Part shown: positions 1 to 11,940 of the stretch, piece by piece
How positions within the stretch are numbered: position 1 is the stretch's first letter
Layout of the letters: each line of letters begins with the position of its first letter
Origin: Vicugna vicugna
Taxonomy: Eukaryota
NCBI GenBank assembly: GCA_013265495.1
Contig: MU058844.1
Span: 10,810,184 to 10,874,183, forward strand
DNA: 64,000 bases
Direction of reading: 5' to 3'
The notes under the pieces: model-generated
What the model saw: only the letters and a program-made list of their open reading frames with translations
Databases searched by the model: none
Told to the model about the DNA's origin: nothing
Position numbers and translations under genes: made by a program

Positions 1-849
1 ATGCATTTGAAATACCTATCAAGTTATATTTACAAATCCAGGTATAAGAAAAATTCCTAGCGTGGGTGAGAAAATTGGTTTTAAGAGATCCTCATTCTTT
101 GGTATTACTTGTTAAAGATTCTTAGTAATTCATGTTCACACATATGAAAAAAAAACTGCCTGGGCAGAGCAAACCCTTTTAAAATCTGATCAGTGATCCC
201 AGATACATTTAAATCAGGAAAGTGGAGTTGCACACTAATAGGTTACATCCTTTTCATTTTTATGAATCTAACAATAGTTACTTAAAATGTGTTTTTAAAA
301 TTTTAGATAAAATAAATATTATGCTATATAGTTTGATTAAAAAAAAAACTTTAAGTAACTCTTAAGTAAGTCTATACGTACTTACATAAAGACTGACCTG
401 GTAGACAGTAGGTATATTTTTTTAAGTGAAGTTTTTCAACAAACAACTTTCTACTCCTAATTCCAGATTATCAATATAAGAAAAGGGATAGATGGATAAA
501 ACAAACAAAAAACATGCAAAAAAATATATCCCTTAAGAATTTTCTTATTCTGGAAATTATTATTTTCCTTCTTTCACTCAGAATATTTTGAAGTGTCTGT
601 GCAAAGCAAAAACAAGAGTAATCTATTTTAAAAGTACTCTAGATGGAAGATTCAGGGTTTTTCTTTTATTTGCTTACTTCCATTTTTTATGTCTTCCCAT
701 TTTTTTGAATGAACACATTTTTCACATAGTCAATAATAAGAAAAATGAATGCCAAGACAAATAAAATGGGCATATATGTCCAGGGAAAGCCATACTGAAT
801 GTTGCTTAAATGCATTGGCTCTAGCATCATTGATTTTGGAAGACAATTC

Positions 850-1015
850 AAATGCTTACTTGACCTTGAGTAGACTGCTCTCTGTACTTCAGTTTTTACA
901 TCTATAAATTGGGAATGATGACAATACAATTGACGTCATAGATTTGTGAGGAGAAAATGCTTCAATGAATGTAAAACATTTAAGAAAATACATGACAAAT
1001 GTCAACATTCAAGTT
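850..1015 (+). mobile_element. MIR SINE fragment
   Basis: Core-like 'tgaccttgagtagactgctctctgtacttcagtttttacatctataaattgggaatgatg...tttgtgaggagaaaatg' resembles the MIR core consensus. Confidence 0.65.
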
Positions 1016-1239
1016 ATTTCTCAGAGGAGACAAAGGGTGAGTTTATTTCATCAAATTCTATTGGCCACAATCAGGATGGTATTTCAGGGAACAGAGACCA
1101 ACAACTCAGAGACATAAATTGATTCAGAAACGGCTCATCTTACTATTATTGCAAGCCCTAATCTTATTTTATCTGTCTCAGAAATACAAATAACAGCCAA
1201 TGTGATATTTTGGATATATTTATATAGTTACTTATGCAG

Positions 1240-1770
1240 TGAATATTTGCTGAGTATTTACTTTGTGCCAGGCATCAGAAAGACAGTCAAGATACTTGCT
1301 CTCCTATAGCTTTCATTCCAGTTTGGAAAGAAAGACACAGAAGTAAAAAACAGCATTATTTCAGTTCCGGATAAAGGCTGGGGAGGAAACAGAGCGGCAT
1401 AATGGATGCAGAGTGGCTATGTCTTAAATGCAGCGCTGTTTCAGAAGGGTCTTTTGGAATATCCTTGTTGAGGAGGGACTCTGAGGTCTGGGGGAAGCTT
1501 TCTGGATGGAGGAAGTGTCTTTGTTTCTGATAATTTTAAAAGGTTGGTAGGTACCAGAACCAGCAAAAAGTCTGTGCCAGTAAGAGGGACGGTGGGGGCG
1601 TAGGGAGAAAGAACAGATAAGTGTGCAAGTATATTTCTATGCATAGGGACTGAGTTGTGAATGATCTTTTAGAGAATTTAGATTTTATTCTTAATATAAA
1701 GGAAAGCCATGAGGACGGCGCAAGCAGCAGAGATAGATTATGATTAAAAAGACCAATTAGGAGGAGATAA
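1240..1770 (-). mobile_element. L2 LINE 3' region, degraded
   Basis: 'atatttgctgagtatttactttgtgccaggca...cttgctctcctatagctttcattccagtttgg' is the reverse complement of the L2 3' end; purine-rich continuation. Confidence 0.6.
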
Positions 1771-1917
1771 ATTCGAGTAAATGAATTCTAAAAAGATGTC
1801 AGTGTCTGTCAAAGCATCCTTGTGAACTTAACCTTTATGAACAGGTCATTGCATGATTTTCTGAGTGATCTTTCTTGAAGGCAACAACAAAGGAAGAAAT
1901 AATATTTAATGTCTTTC

Positions 1918-2433
1918 CATTTTTTTCTTTCTTTATCATGCAAAATTATACATAATAGATAATTTACTACTTCAGCCATCTCTAAGTGTATAGCTCTGTG
2001 GCATAAAGTACCTTTATACTGCTGTGCAACCATGATCCTCATCCATCTCCAGAACTTCCTCATCTTCCCTAACTGAATCTCTGGTCCCATGAAACACTAC
2101 CTCCCTATTCCTTCCCTCCCTTGGGCTCTGACAACCACCGTTCTACTTTCTGTCTCTATGAATTTGGCTACTCTAGGTACTTCAAATATGTGGGATCATA
2201 CAACACTTCTGCCTCTGTTACTGGCTTCTTTTCACTTGACGTAACATCTTTAAGTTTAATTCATGCTGTAGCACATGTCAGCCTTTCCTTCCTTTCTGAG
2301 GCTGAAGAACATTCCGTTGTGTGTATATGTCATGTTTTGTTTATCCAGTCATTCACTGATTGACACTTGGGTTGCTTTTACCTTTTGACTATTGTAAATA
2401 AAGCTCCTATGAACATGGGTGCACATCTGTCTG
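1918..2433 (-). mobile_element. L1MB-type LINE-1 3' end (5'-truncated)
   Basis: 'catccatctccagaacttcctcatcttccctaactgaatct...tctactttctgtctctatgaatttggctactctaggtac...ttgacacttgggttgcttt...tatgaacatgggtgcaca' matches reverse L1MB 3' UTR; explains ORFs 1809-2090 and 2121-2363. Confidence 0.9.
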
Positions 2434-3224
2434 TCTTCTTCGTTTGAAGGTATGACTTTTTCCCTGGATTTTAGTATTTAAATATATTCTGTTGGCAATA
2501 ATAAAATAAACCTACCAACAAATAACCTTATTTATTCCTTTATGAGCGTAAGAATATTGGAGAACAAAATAAGATTTGTTAAGTTTCCCAGGTGGGTGAT
2601 AGAGAAGTAGCATATTTATTGTCACTGCTACAATGTGGTTGGAATTTTTTGCTTTTCATAGTGCAACTAAGAGTAATATAAAAATAGAGGATTTTGTAGG
2701 CAAAGATTTAGCCATTCTTCAGATGAGAAAAAAAGAAAACCCAGCTGCTAATAGATATATACCTACATAGCTCTAAGGGTGGTTAAGTATTAAAAGAGAA
2801 TAATTAAAAATCTAAATCAATTGATATTTTTATGAAACGAGTCAACCACTATTGTATGTAATCATTCTGTAAACAGGCTCAACTTTTGTTTTCTGATAAC
2901 CAGAGTGATTCATCCTCGCTCATTACCTTATTATAGGGAATTCAGAAAATGGAGCCAACATAATAATAAACTACTGCAACTGCATCATCAAATGAGTGTT
3001 TTTTGTTTCTACCTTTTCAATATTTTTTGAGGCATATTTTCATAAATATTTGAGAAATATTTCAGTCTATACTGCTGTATAAGATCGTCTTTTCTCTTCT
3101 CCTTCCCCCGCCATCCTCTTCTCCTTCTCTTTCTTCTAAAACAAATGCTATCTTGGAAGAATTTTTCTTCCTATTCTTACGACTTTTCAAGCAGTCCAGT
3201 TTTCAGTGACAAACATATAAGATA

Positions 3225-3480
3225 CAGTAGGATCTGGTGGTTAAGGTGAGGCTTTGGGAGACAGATACCATGAGGTCAAAGTTAACCCTGTCCCTTTCTA
3301 GCTGTGTGACCATGGGCAAATCATTCAACTTCTCTGTGCCTCTTTTTTTCATTCTACAATGGAGATAAATCTAGTATTTCCTATAGTTGCTATGGGTACT
3401 CCATAAATTAAGATTAACGAATTACTGCTTAAAACATTATGTGGCACCAAATGAACACTTCAAACGTTGGTTTTTATGAT
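3225..3480 (+). mobile_element. MIR SINE, near full length
   Basis: 'gtggttaaggtgaggctttggg...tagctgtgtgaccatgggcaaatcattcaacttctctgtgcct...' covers head, core and tail. Confidence 0.85.
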
Positions 3481-4326
3481 TTAGCATAAAATCTATTTTA
3501 AAATTCTGTTCTGTATCACATATAGATGATACATTATCTTAAAATTGGAAAATCATAGGAATTATTAAATTATTTAACACTTTGACAATACCTGGGAAAT
3601 TTCTGTGGTGCTTCATGAATTACTGTGATTCTAAAACTTCAGCATACAACAGAACCACTGGGATGCTGGATAGAAATGTACCCTTTCAGATTCCATCTTG
3701 GAGGATCTGGAGTAAAACTGTAGTCTTAGTGCTGTGCCTTAAAAAAGCTGAGCTAGATACTTCTCTGTCTGATCTCAGTAAGCAAGTCATTGCCATAGTC
3801 AGAGACCAGTGTCTGCCATCTACATAAAATCACACAGGACAACACTGACATTTTAAAGTGTACAAGTGTTTGTTGTTAACAAAGACACGGATTTACAAGA
3901 AAAATTCTCACTCTTCTAAAGATATTTACCAGGGATATTTATAAATACTTTCCTGCACATTATTAGAAATAACCTATGTAAATTTTGAAAATCCTACTTT
4001 GTGCTCACGGAGGACTCCATCCAAGAAGCTATGATTCCTTCAATAATTCTGATTTTTTGGATAATTCTTCGCTCTTCTTTCTCAAGAGTACATTTCTATC
4101 AAACCAGATGCCTAACAAGTCTATGTCTTTAAATTACTAATTTTTACTCCTTGCTAAAAGATAAGATTAACCAAGCATATGTTTATTTCAAATTGCACTG
4201 TTTTAAAATTTCCAGTTCCAATGAGTAATGGTTAGACAAAAAGAACATGATTATGGTAGAGCTTCTCTTTTGTGGGGAAAAACATGGTTTTTTGAATTAA
4301 TATATTTCTTGATTGGTGACAAAGGA

Positions 4327-4914
4327 GTAAGTGACATCAGAGAGAAACTAGCATCTTTCTCAGGATCACTAACGTCACAGACCGTGAGTTGAGTAGAAAA
4401 ATGAACCTCCTGGCTGCATGGCCTTTACTTGGTGAAGCTTATATAGGTTCGTCATTGCCAAGATTGGATGGAGCTACCAAGAATAGGGCTCAGGTTGAGC
4501 ATTCATCTTTTCTTTTACTTCTTCTTTCCTGTGTTTACTGGGTAGAAAATTACCATTCAGTAGAAAATTACCATTGACTGCCTTTTTTGAAATTACTTCC
4601 TCGTCTGTCCTTAAGTGTCCGTAAGTGACATCAGAGAGAAACTAGCATCTTTCTCAGGATCACTAACGTCACAGACCGTGAGTTGAGTAGAAAAATGAAC
4701 CTCCTGGCTGCATGGCCTTTACTTGGTGAAGCTTATATAGGTTCGTCATTGCCAAGATTGGATGGAGCTACCAAGAATAGGGCTCAGGTTGAGCATTCAT
4801 CTTTTCTTTTACTTCTTCTTTCCTGTGTTTACTGGGTAGAAAATTACCATTCAGTAGAAAATTACCATTGACTGCCTTTTTTGAAATTACTTCCTCGTCT
4901 GTCCTTAAGTGGCC
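4327..4914. repeat. Head-to-tail tandem duplication, 2 x 294 bp
   Basis: 4327-4620 equals 4621-4914 except one difference I could see (t4618 vs g4912); ORF track shows identical 62-aa ORFs offset by 294. Confidence 0.97.
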
Positions 4915-5639
4915 ACAGTAAACCTTGGAAGGACAAAAAAAAAAAAATCAATACTTAGACATCAGACTGGTTAAGGTTGCTCTTCAAACAGTCTATGTAG
5001 TGTGCTATTGACATGTTCTGAAATCACATGTAGACAGGTCACAATTTGGAGATCTTGTTCTGGTTCAACTGGATCTGTCTTAGGAACTGCTGATTAGTTC
5101 ACAGAGATTCAGCCCCTCACCAGGTCTTGACAGGTGCCTCTGCTGGCATGCGGTCCTCTCCCGCTATGCCATTGCCGGGTACCACATGGCTAAGATGGTG
5201 GTGCGCCAAGAGTAGGAAGATGGGAACATTACCGTGAGGCACCACAGGCCAGAACCTCCAGAGTTTTCTCTGGTGATAAATTGGACTCTCTGTAAAAGTA
5301 ATTTCTTTTTAAAGACTACTTTAAAATATTTAGCTGAAATGACATCTTCACAACCCGAAGTTCTAGTCTACCGCTTGAGATAGGGTGATATCAGTAACAT
5401 TGACCTGGACAAGTTTAGACACAGCCAACATTAATCGAGTCCCTACTGCTGCATGTTTCATGTTGATTGTGTTCTTGTTGCCAAGATTTTAGGATTTTCC
5501 ATTCCTGGTTTTCTGATGTGGCATATGAAGAGTTTGCTATTAAATGCCGAATTATGGAATTAACAGATTCAAGGTAACTTAGAATTAGTAGGGGCCACCT
5601 TACTCCCAGCTCATTTGGAGATGACAGTGTTTTGGAAGA

Positions 5640-5770
5640 AGGAGGGGCTTTAGTGTCAGAAAGACTTCCTTTCAGACGATGGATGTGCTTCTTTTGGGAT
5701 GTACGACCTTGGACAAGTTGGTTAGCCTTTTGTAGATTCAGATTTGTGTGTAAAGCTCAATGTTAATATC
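5640..5770 (+). mobile_element. MIR fragment
   Basis: 'gggctttagtgtcagaaagac...gaccttggacaagttggttagcct'. Confidence 0.55.
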
Positions 5771-6689
5771 TCATTCATGTGAGTATCAGAAGAGGAAATA
5801 AAATCAAGAACGTGCAACTCCTATGTTTCGGCCCAGCATAGAAATTTATTAAATGGTGGCTCAGATAAAACATAAGCCCAGAGGGGTTAAGTAAAAACGT
5901 AATTGAAAAAAGCTTTTTGGGAAACAAAACAGATTTTAAAAGGTAATGGATGGTCTGTTGGATTTTGTGTGTGTGTGTTTGTGTGTACACACTTTAAAGA
6001 GATGGGCCTTCTGGTCTCACCGTGAAGGAGGTGAGGAAAACCAGGGTCTTCTCCAGTTAGTAACTAACAGTGCAACTTTAGGAGTCCTACTTTTCTATTT
6101 CCAAGCAGGATCCTTAAAAGTTAAAATTTTCTATCATTATTAAATATACAGTTACAGTTGTGATAGTTTTAAGATTATTCCTTGGAGGAGCAGGCAAATA
6201 GGCTGCTTTTCAGAAGTCCAAGGAGTGCTTTTCTCCTTGAATAGCGATGGACAAGGCCTTCTTTGACAAGATCTTAGCTTTTTTATGAGTGTTCTGATTT
6301 TCCAGAGGGACTGTCGAAGATAGCACAGTATCTCATCACGATACCAGCTCCTATGGGTATTCTAAGAAAAGGGAGAATGATGTTTTCATAGCCCCTTGGA
6401 AAACTGCTTTCTGAGACCTCAGGGGTTTAAACCTTGTGGGTGGATGATCTCAGTGACCTCTGGCTAATGGACTGTATGGCAGTCTCATGCATCATTAAAG
6501 GATGAGACTATCTTGCTGTAATTTTGCAAACGAGGGAATATGTAGTTGAGATTGCTCAGAAATATGGCTGATATCCCATAGACCGGTTTAGAGGAACCAG
6601 GCCCATTCAGAGTCTCTTTGACTTTGACTTCAGTGGTAAAGGAATAAATCTGTGCTCCTGGGACAGTCTCTGATGTTTTCAATTCATCC

Positions 6690-7540
6690 CACGTCCCTTT
6701 TTATGCTACACGTTCTACCTTGAGCAATCACGTCTACACCTGTGGCTTCAACCTTCCTGCCTATGTGAGACTCCTAAGTATATAAATCAGCTCATCTCAC
6801 AGGATCCTTACACCCAAGGCTTCCAAAATTAGGCATATTATTTTCACACTGATTCAACTCCAGCCAATCTCTCTTTCAATCTCTGTTTAGGTTAATGGTG
6901 CCTGGAAATGACCCTTTACTTCCCGCTCTTTTCATCTTATGCTACTGTGCGTTGTCATTAACTGATGTGGACCCTGACTCCCTAAAAATCTCTTGATTCT
7001 GTCTCAGCCTCTTAAACACCTTGACTGTGTCCCACCTCTCTGTGAACATGGCAGTAGACTTTTACGTGAACTTGGTAACTAAGTTAATTCATCCTTTATA
7101 CTGTTTCCGACCGACGAATCACCTACCTCTGCTCAGAATCCTTTAATATCCACCCAGCCAACATCCAGCCCCTCACCTTTCACTGCTCTTCTTTCCAGTC
7201 CCGTTTAACTTCTTTTCTCCAAATCGATCATTATCATTGCTTTCCTCTCTTCTCTTTATCATACTACTTTTTTTTTCACCTAAAATGCCTTCCCTCATTA
7301 GCAAATTCTTACTCACCCTTTATGGTTCAGCTAAATATCACTTTAGCAGTGAAATTTTCCTCGACTGACCCAGAAAAAGCTAACGTCCTCTTCTTTGGAC
7401 AATATCTATTGAAGCATGAATCACACTTAGCAAAGTCTGTTTACATGTCCTGTCTCTTAGGGAATTTGGAAGATCCGTGTGAGCAGGTGTATTGTTCTAC
7501 CTGGTCAACATCTTGTCACCTGGCACATATGACTTTCATG
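6690..7540 (+). mobile_element. L2 LINE body to 3' end, degraded
   Basis: Pyrimidine-rich; 'tgtggcttcaacc', 'cctaaaatgccttccc', 'gcaaattcttactcacccttt', 'tcagctaaatatcac', 'cctggcacatat' are L2-like landmarks. Confidence 0.65.
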
Positions 7541-8569
7541 AGCCCCAGTACTGCTGAGAGGTCTCCATTGGTCTCAAATATTCAATTATGAGGGAGCACT
7601 GGGTTGACAGATAGGACAGGAAAGTGTAAGAGGCTTTATGGGAGAGCAGAACAGTAGAAGGGGAGAGAAGACGGAGGAAAACCAAGACAGAGGCAGAGAC
7701 TTTGCAATGATGTGTGTGTGGCTGAAAGTGGAGCTAGAGGAAGAAAAAAATCGGTATCCTACACCTTTAGTCTGATTTATTATTATTGAAATTTGAACAA
7801 TTTGTACCAACTTAAAATAACACCTATTCTCACATCTTTACAAGCTTTTTTAAGGGATAGCTTTACTACAATGAAAAGAAATTGTGTGTTCAAGTGAAAA
7901 AGGCATAATTTGTTCTATCTTTGAGAAATCTATCATTCCCTAAAAGCAAGAAGGAGGTATAATAAATAAACTTGTGTTGAAAAGGCAAGTCTCAGAGAAG
8001 AGCTGAGATGCAGCGTAGGCTATCTGTCCACTGCACCAGGGTGTAAACCCACATGAGACCAGCTACAGTTCTATGTTAATAGCATACACTCTCACGTTGC
8101 TGCACTATTGTTGTTGGCATCACCACATGGGGAGCAATCATGCCATACAAATGTTTTGATACAGATGAATTTTTCTGAGTCTTGAGTGAATTAGGAGACA
8201 GATAAATGAACCTACCCAGGGAAGGAAAACTAGGTCTGTGTATTTTTTTTTTCCGAGGGGACCAGGGGTCACTTTGACTTGGAGTTTAGCAAATTCAATG
8301 TGAGAAAGAGAACCATTGGAATGTTGTTCTTAACTTTAAGGTGAGGCAAAATAAAGTTGTAGCAGGATGCTAGGAGTCATCTGCAGGCTGTGAGAAATGA
8401 GTGTTCCTCCTTTATGACAATCAGACCGACATCTGGAACTTTCTCAGCAACCCCAAGTGTTCTTCAAGCATGAGTGGCTTGAATTTATACAAGAGCAGAC
8501 CCTGGGGACCTACAGTCTCAATTAGAGCCCCTATTTGGGCACAAACCATTTCTTTTCAATTTACTTTCA

Positions 8570-8690
8570 CAACAATTATTGAGTACGGACTGTGTGCCAG
8601 GGACCATGCTGGGCAGAGGTAAAACAAAGGAGAATAAGGTACAGGGGAACTTACAGTCTAGTGGGAGAGCAAACCACACAGTTAACTCAA
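8570..8690 (-). mobile_element. L2 3' end fragment
   Basis: 'ttattgagtacggactgtgtgccagggaccatgctggg...gaacttacagtctagtgggagag'. Confidence 0.75.
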
Positions 8691-9049
8691 TATAGTGTGA
8701 TACACACAAAGATCCTTAGATCAAATTATTTTGAAAATTTTAACTGTTGCCAACCAACTAGTAAATGTAGCTTAGAGAGTTCCTTCTAGCTTTCCATGCC
8801 CTGCTCACTTATCTCCAATTTTGATCCTCGTTACTGTTCTGCATGATTTTTCCCATTCAGGGCCAAACACTATTTCTCTTTCATGAGCCTTACTGTCCCC
8901 CACCTCTCACTTTGGATCTTCAAGCCATCATAGTATCTTTGTTCATTTCATTTCTACCTATGGTTCCTAACCCAAGTCACTTCCTTGGTCTTTAGCAGTC
9001 CCACACCATATTCATCAATTTATCTAGTATTAACTTGTTTAAAATGAAA

Positions 9050-9570
9050 AGCTTGATTTCTATGGTCAATTTTCTTGCTCATAAATTTTCTTCCATCTCA
9101 CGAAATGCCAGCTTCAATCTACCTGCTTAGGCCAAAATTCTGGAATCTCTCTTGAATGCTGAGTATCTAATCCATCAGAGAATTCTGCCTGGTAACATTT
9201 AAAATACATCCAGATTTTGACCACTTCTTTTCTGGCTCAAAGTAATTATCTGAATCATCTTCTACCTGGTATCCTCTCTCCATCCTTGCCCTTCTTCAAT
9301 CTATTTGGAGTGTGTAGTTCTTTCAAAGCGTAAGTTAGGTCATGTTTCTATTTTGGCTTAACATTCAAAATTTTTAGCATACCTATCAATTCCTATGCAG
9401 TCTGTGCCTTACCAACCTCCAGCAAATCTTCCAACTTCCTTTCCTTTTATTCTCCCTCCTCTGTCTCTCCAGGGTAGCTGTACTATAAATTTCTTGAAAA
9501 CCAGCTTTTTGTTTTGCTCACAATCAGTGCTCAGGACTATATCTGGCATGTGTTAGTAATATTAACTGGC
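9050..9570 (+). mobile_element. L2 fragment
   Basis: 'ccaaaattctggaatctctcttga...aatacatccagattttgaccacttct...aagttaggtcatgtttc'. Confidence 0.6.
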
Positions 9571-9584
9571 TTAGTAATTATTAC

Positions 9585-9810
9585 TTGATTTTGAGCCCAG
9601 CTCTGTTTTATGTTAATAGCATACACTATCTCATTTATTCCTCACAATAATCTCAAGAGAGAGGTATCGCTTTGCTGTACAGCTAAAAGTAACATTGTAA
9701 ATCAACTGCACTTCAATAAAAAATGAAATTTAACAAAAGTAAATAAAAAAGAGAGAAGTATGAGTATTAAGCCAATTTTACAGATACAGAATTGGCAGAG
9801 AGAGGTAGCC
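9585..9810 (-). mobile_element. MIR interrupted by a short L1 insertion
   Basis: 'tatctcatttattcctcacaataatc' and 'ccaattttacagatacagaattggcagagagagg' are consecutive parts of reverse MIR. Confidence 0.75.
9668..9748 (+). mobile_element. Extremely 5'-truncated L1 3' terminus (81 bp) with TSD
   Basis: 'ctttgctgtacagctaaaagtaacattgtaaatcaactgcacttcaataaaaaa' plus A-rich tail, flanked by aagagagaggtat (9655-9667) and aagagagaagtat (9749-9761). Confidence 0.85.
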
Positions 9811-10099
9811 TGTACCCAGTAAGTATTTGTTATCTCATTCAGGTAACAGTCACCAGGTGGGAACTGAGAGCTAGTTCTCTAACCTAAAAAATAAGGTAGA
9901 TATTGGTTTGCATACTTCATGGGACTTCTATCAAAGACAGGAAAGAATGAGCAGATAAATGCATAAAAGTGTTATTTTTTCAACATAAAGTCCCATACAA
10001 ATTGTTCAGTGTCCCTAATTCACTTCCATTTTACTTGGATCCTTTTGGTTAACAAATGACCAAACCCTGACTTCCCATCATGGCTGTCATTATTTTACC

Positions 10100-10355
10100 T
10101 CTTTTTGTCCAGCTCAGACACCGCTTTCTCCAGGAAGCCTGCCTTGAAGTCCCATTCTCTTCCGTCACCGCTGTGCCTGGCACACATGACCACCATTAGG
10201 CGTTGGTGCACCTTACACAGTCTTTGTTTGCGTTTCTTTCTCCTCTATCAGACTAGGAACCCTCTGAGGACACCAACTTTGTGCCATTCACCTCTGAATT
10301 CCAAAAGCCAGGCACAAAGTAGGTGCCAAATAATTGCTTATTAAGTGAATGGATA
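10100..10355 (+). mobile_element. L2 3' end
   Basis: 'ttctccaggaagcctgccttga...agccaggcacaaagtaggtgccaaataattgcttattaagtgaatgga'. Confidence 0.8.
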
Positions 10356-11433
10356 ACCCAACAATACCCATTGAGACCAACAATTTAAAGAAATACAATA
10401 TTTGAACCTAAACAGGAGTTAAACTATATATCCAGGAAAAAACAATTTAGATTGATTTGCTTACATGGATTAAAATAAATGTCCTCTTCAGATGAATCAC
10501 CACGAGCTATTGCCTCCATAAAGAGCCTGGGGACACCTCTCCTCCCGCTTTAGTCGCTCTCTCAGAAACCAGACACTGAAGTTCCATTTGCAATGAAAAC
10601 CACAGAACAGCCAGGAGCGTGACAAAGTCTGGAGATGGATTAACTGTTCTGTGATCATAACAGCCACAACTCAGTTCAAAACAAAGGCACAATGTAGAGG
10701 CCCAAAATGAGAAGAGGCCTGAACTGTGCACTCACACAGCTGTGAAGGTAACTTTGCAGACTCGGTTTTTGGCTCTTTGCTGATTTCTGACTGTTGTAAC
10801 TCTGGGTTTTTACACTTCAGTTCAATCCTATCAGGCTATTTCAAGCCTGTCAGAATATAAAGTCCAAAGAGTATTACAGTGGTGATTGGAAAGAACATAA
10901 GATTAATTTGCAGTAGAAAGAAGGCATTTTATACATGAACGTGAAATGCCTGGAGGCCTACCAAGAATACCGGCCACGCGCTAGATTTTCAGCTCGGATC
11001 TGCTGTGCACAGCGTGCCACGGCCTTGGGAGAGAGCCCCCACGTCAGATGTCATGGGAAGTGCTCAGCCAGGCACATAGAAAGGCACATTGCATCAATGA
11101 TATATGACAGCCCTGGTGGTGATTTTTCTGCTTCAGTGGCCAACTTGTCCAAAGTCTGGACAAGCCAACACACAAATAGTTCATAAAGAGCTGGGCTGTC
11201 AGAATCATCTTTACAAGGCAGTGACTCGGACGCTTCTTTTAATGAACACTTCACATCCCTGTGTAGCCAGGAATGTCTTAACCACTAAAATATCCAGGAA
11301 AGGAGACACAATACTACTAGGGAGGGAGGAAAGCAAAGATACCATTAGCTCCATATTCATTCTAATCTGCAGAAAATAACTATTTCTCATCGCTGTGTTT
11401 TGAGATTGCTGTCTCATTCCTCATTAACTTTTA

Positions 11434-11528
11434 TCCCTTTATTTAGTTTAACGGAGACACTGGGGATTGACCCCAGGAACTCGTGCATGCTAAGCATGTG
11501 CTCCACCACTGAGCTATGCCCTCCCCAC
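11434..11528 (-). mobile_element. tRNA-derived SINE, camelid vic-1-like
   Basis: Reverse complement reads GGGGAGGGCATAGCTCAGTGGTGGAGCACATGCTTAGCATGCACGAGTTCCTGGGGTCAATCCCCAGTGTCTCC plus A-rich tail, with Pol III A and B boxes; perfect 12-bp TSD cattaactttta at 11422-11433 and 11529-11540. Confidence 0.9.
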
Positions 11529-11739
11529 CATTAACTTTTAATCTAATCTAACAGCATTTTATACTTCTAGTGCCCAATACAGAGTAGATACCTTGGCACT
11601 AAAATAGGAAGAATCATGGGGGTTAATATATACACATCTTACACCAGGCAATTGCTAGGTCCCCCCCCACACATTTGATTAATTTCCTAGTAACAATAAT
11701 GCTGCTGATGGTGGTGGTGGTAAATTGATGGTAGATTAC

Positions 11740-11940
11740 TTTATTAATCTCTTTTTTAGCTTCCAGGTACTTTTCTAAGTGCCTCACATGCATTATTTTA
11801 TTCACTATTCACAACAACACTATCAGGTCAGTTACAGGGAACTAGTTTTATACCAGTTAAGTAATTTGCTCAATATCAGACAACTAATAAATAGAGGATA
11901 TGGAATTCAAACCCAGGTGGTCATATTTTGGGGCCCACAA
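11740..11940 (-). mobile_element. MIR
   Basis: 'ttctaagtgcctcacatgcattatttt...tcacaacaacac...gttaagtaatttgctcaatatcagac...ggaattcaaacccagg'. Confidence 0.8.

Noticed and set aside
4389..4871. Two identical 62-aa ORFs
   Set aside because: By-product of the 294-bp duplication; TTG start and no recognisable protein features
11434..11528. tRNA gene
   Set aside because: TSD, A-rich tail and degenerate B box indicate a SINE
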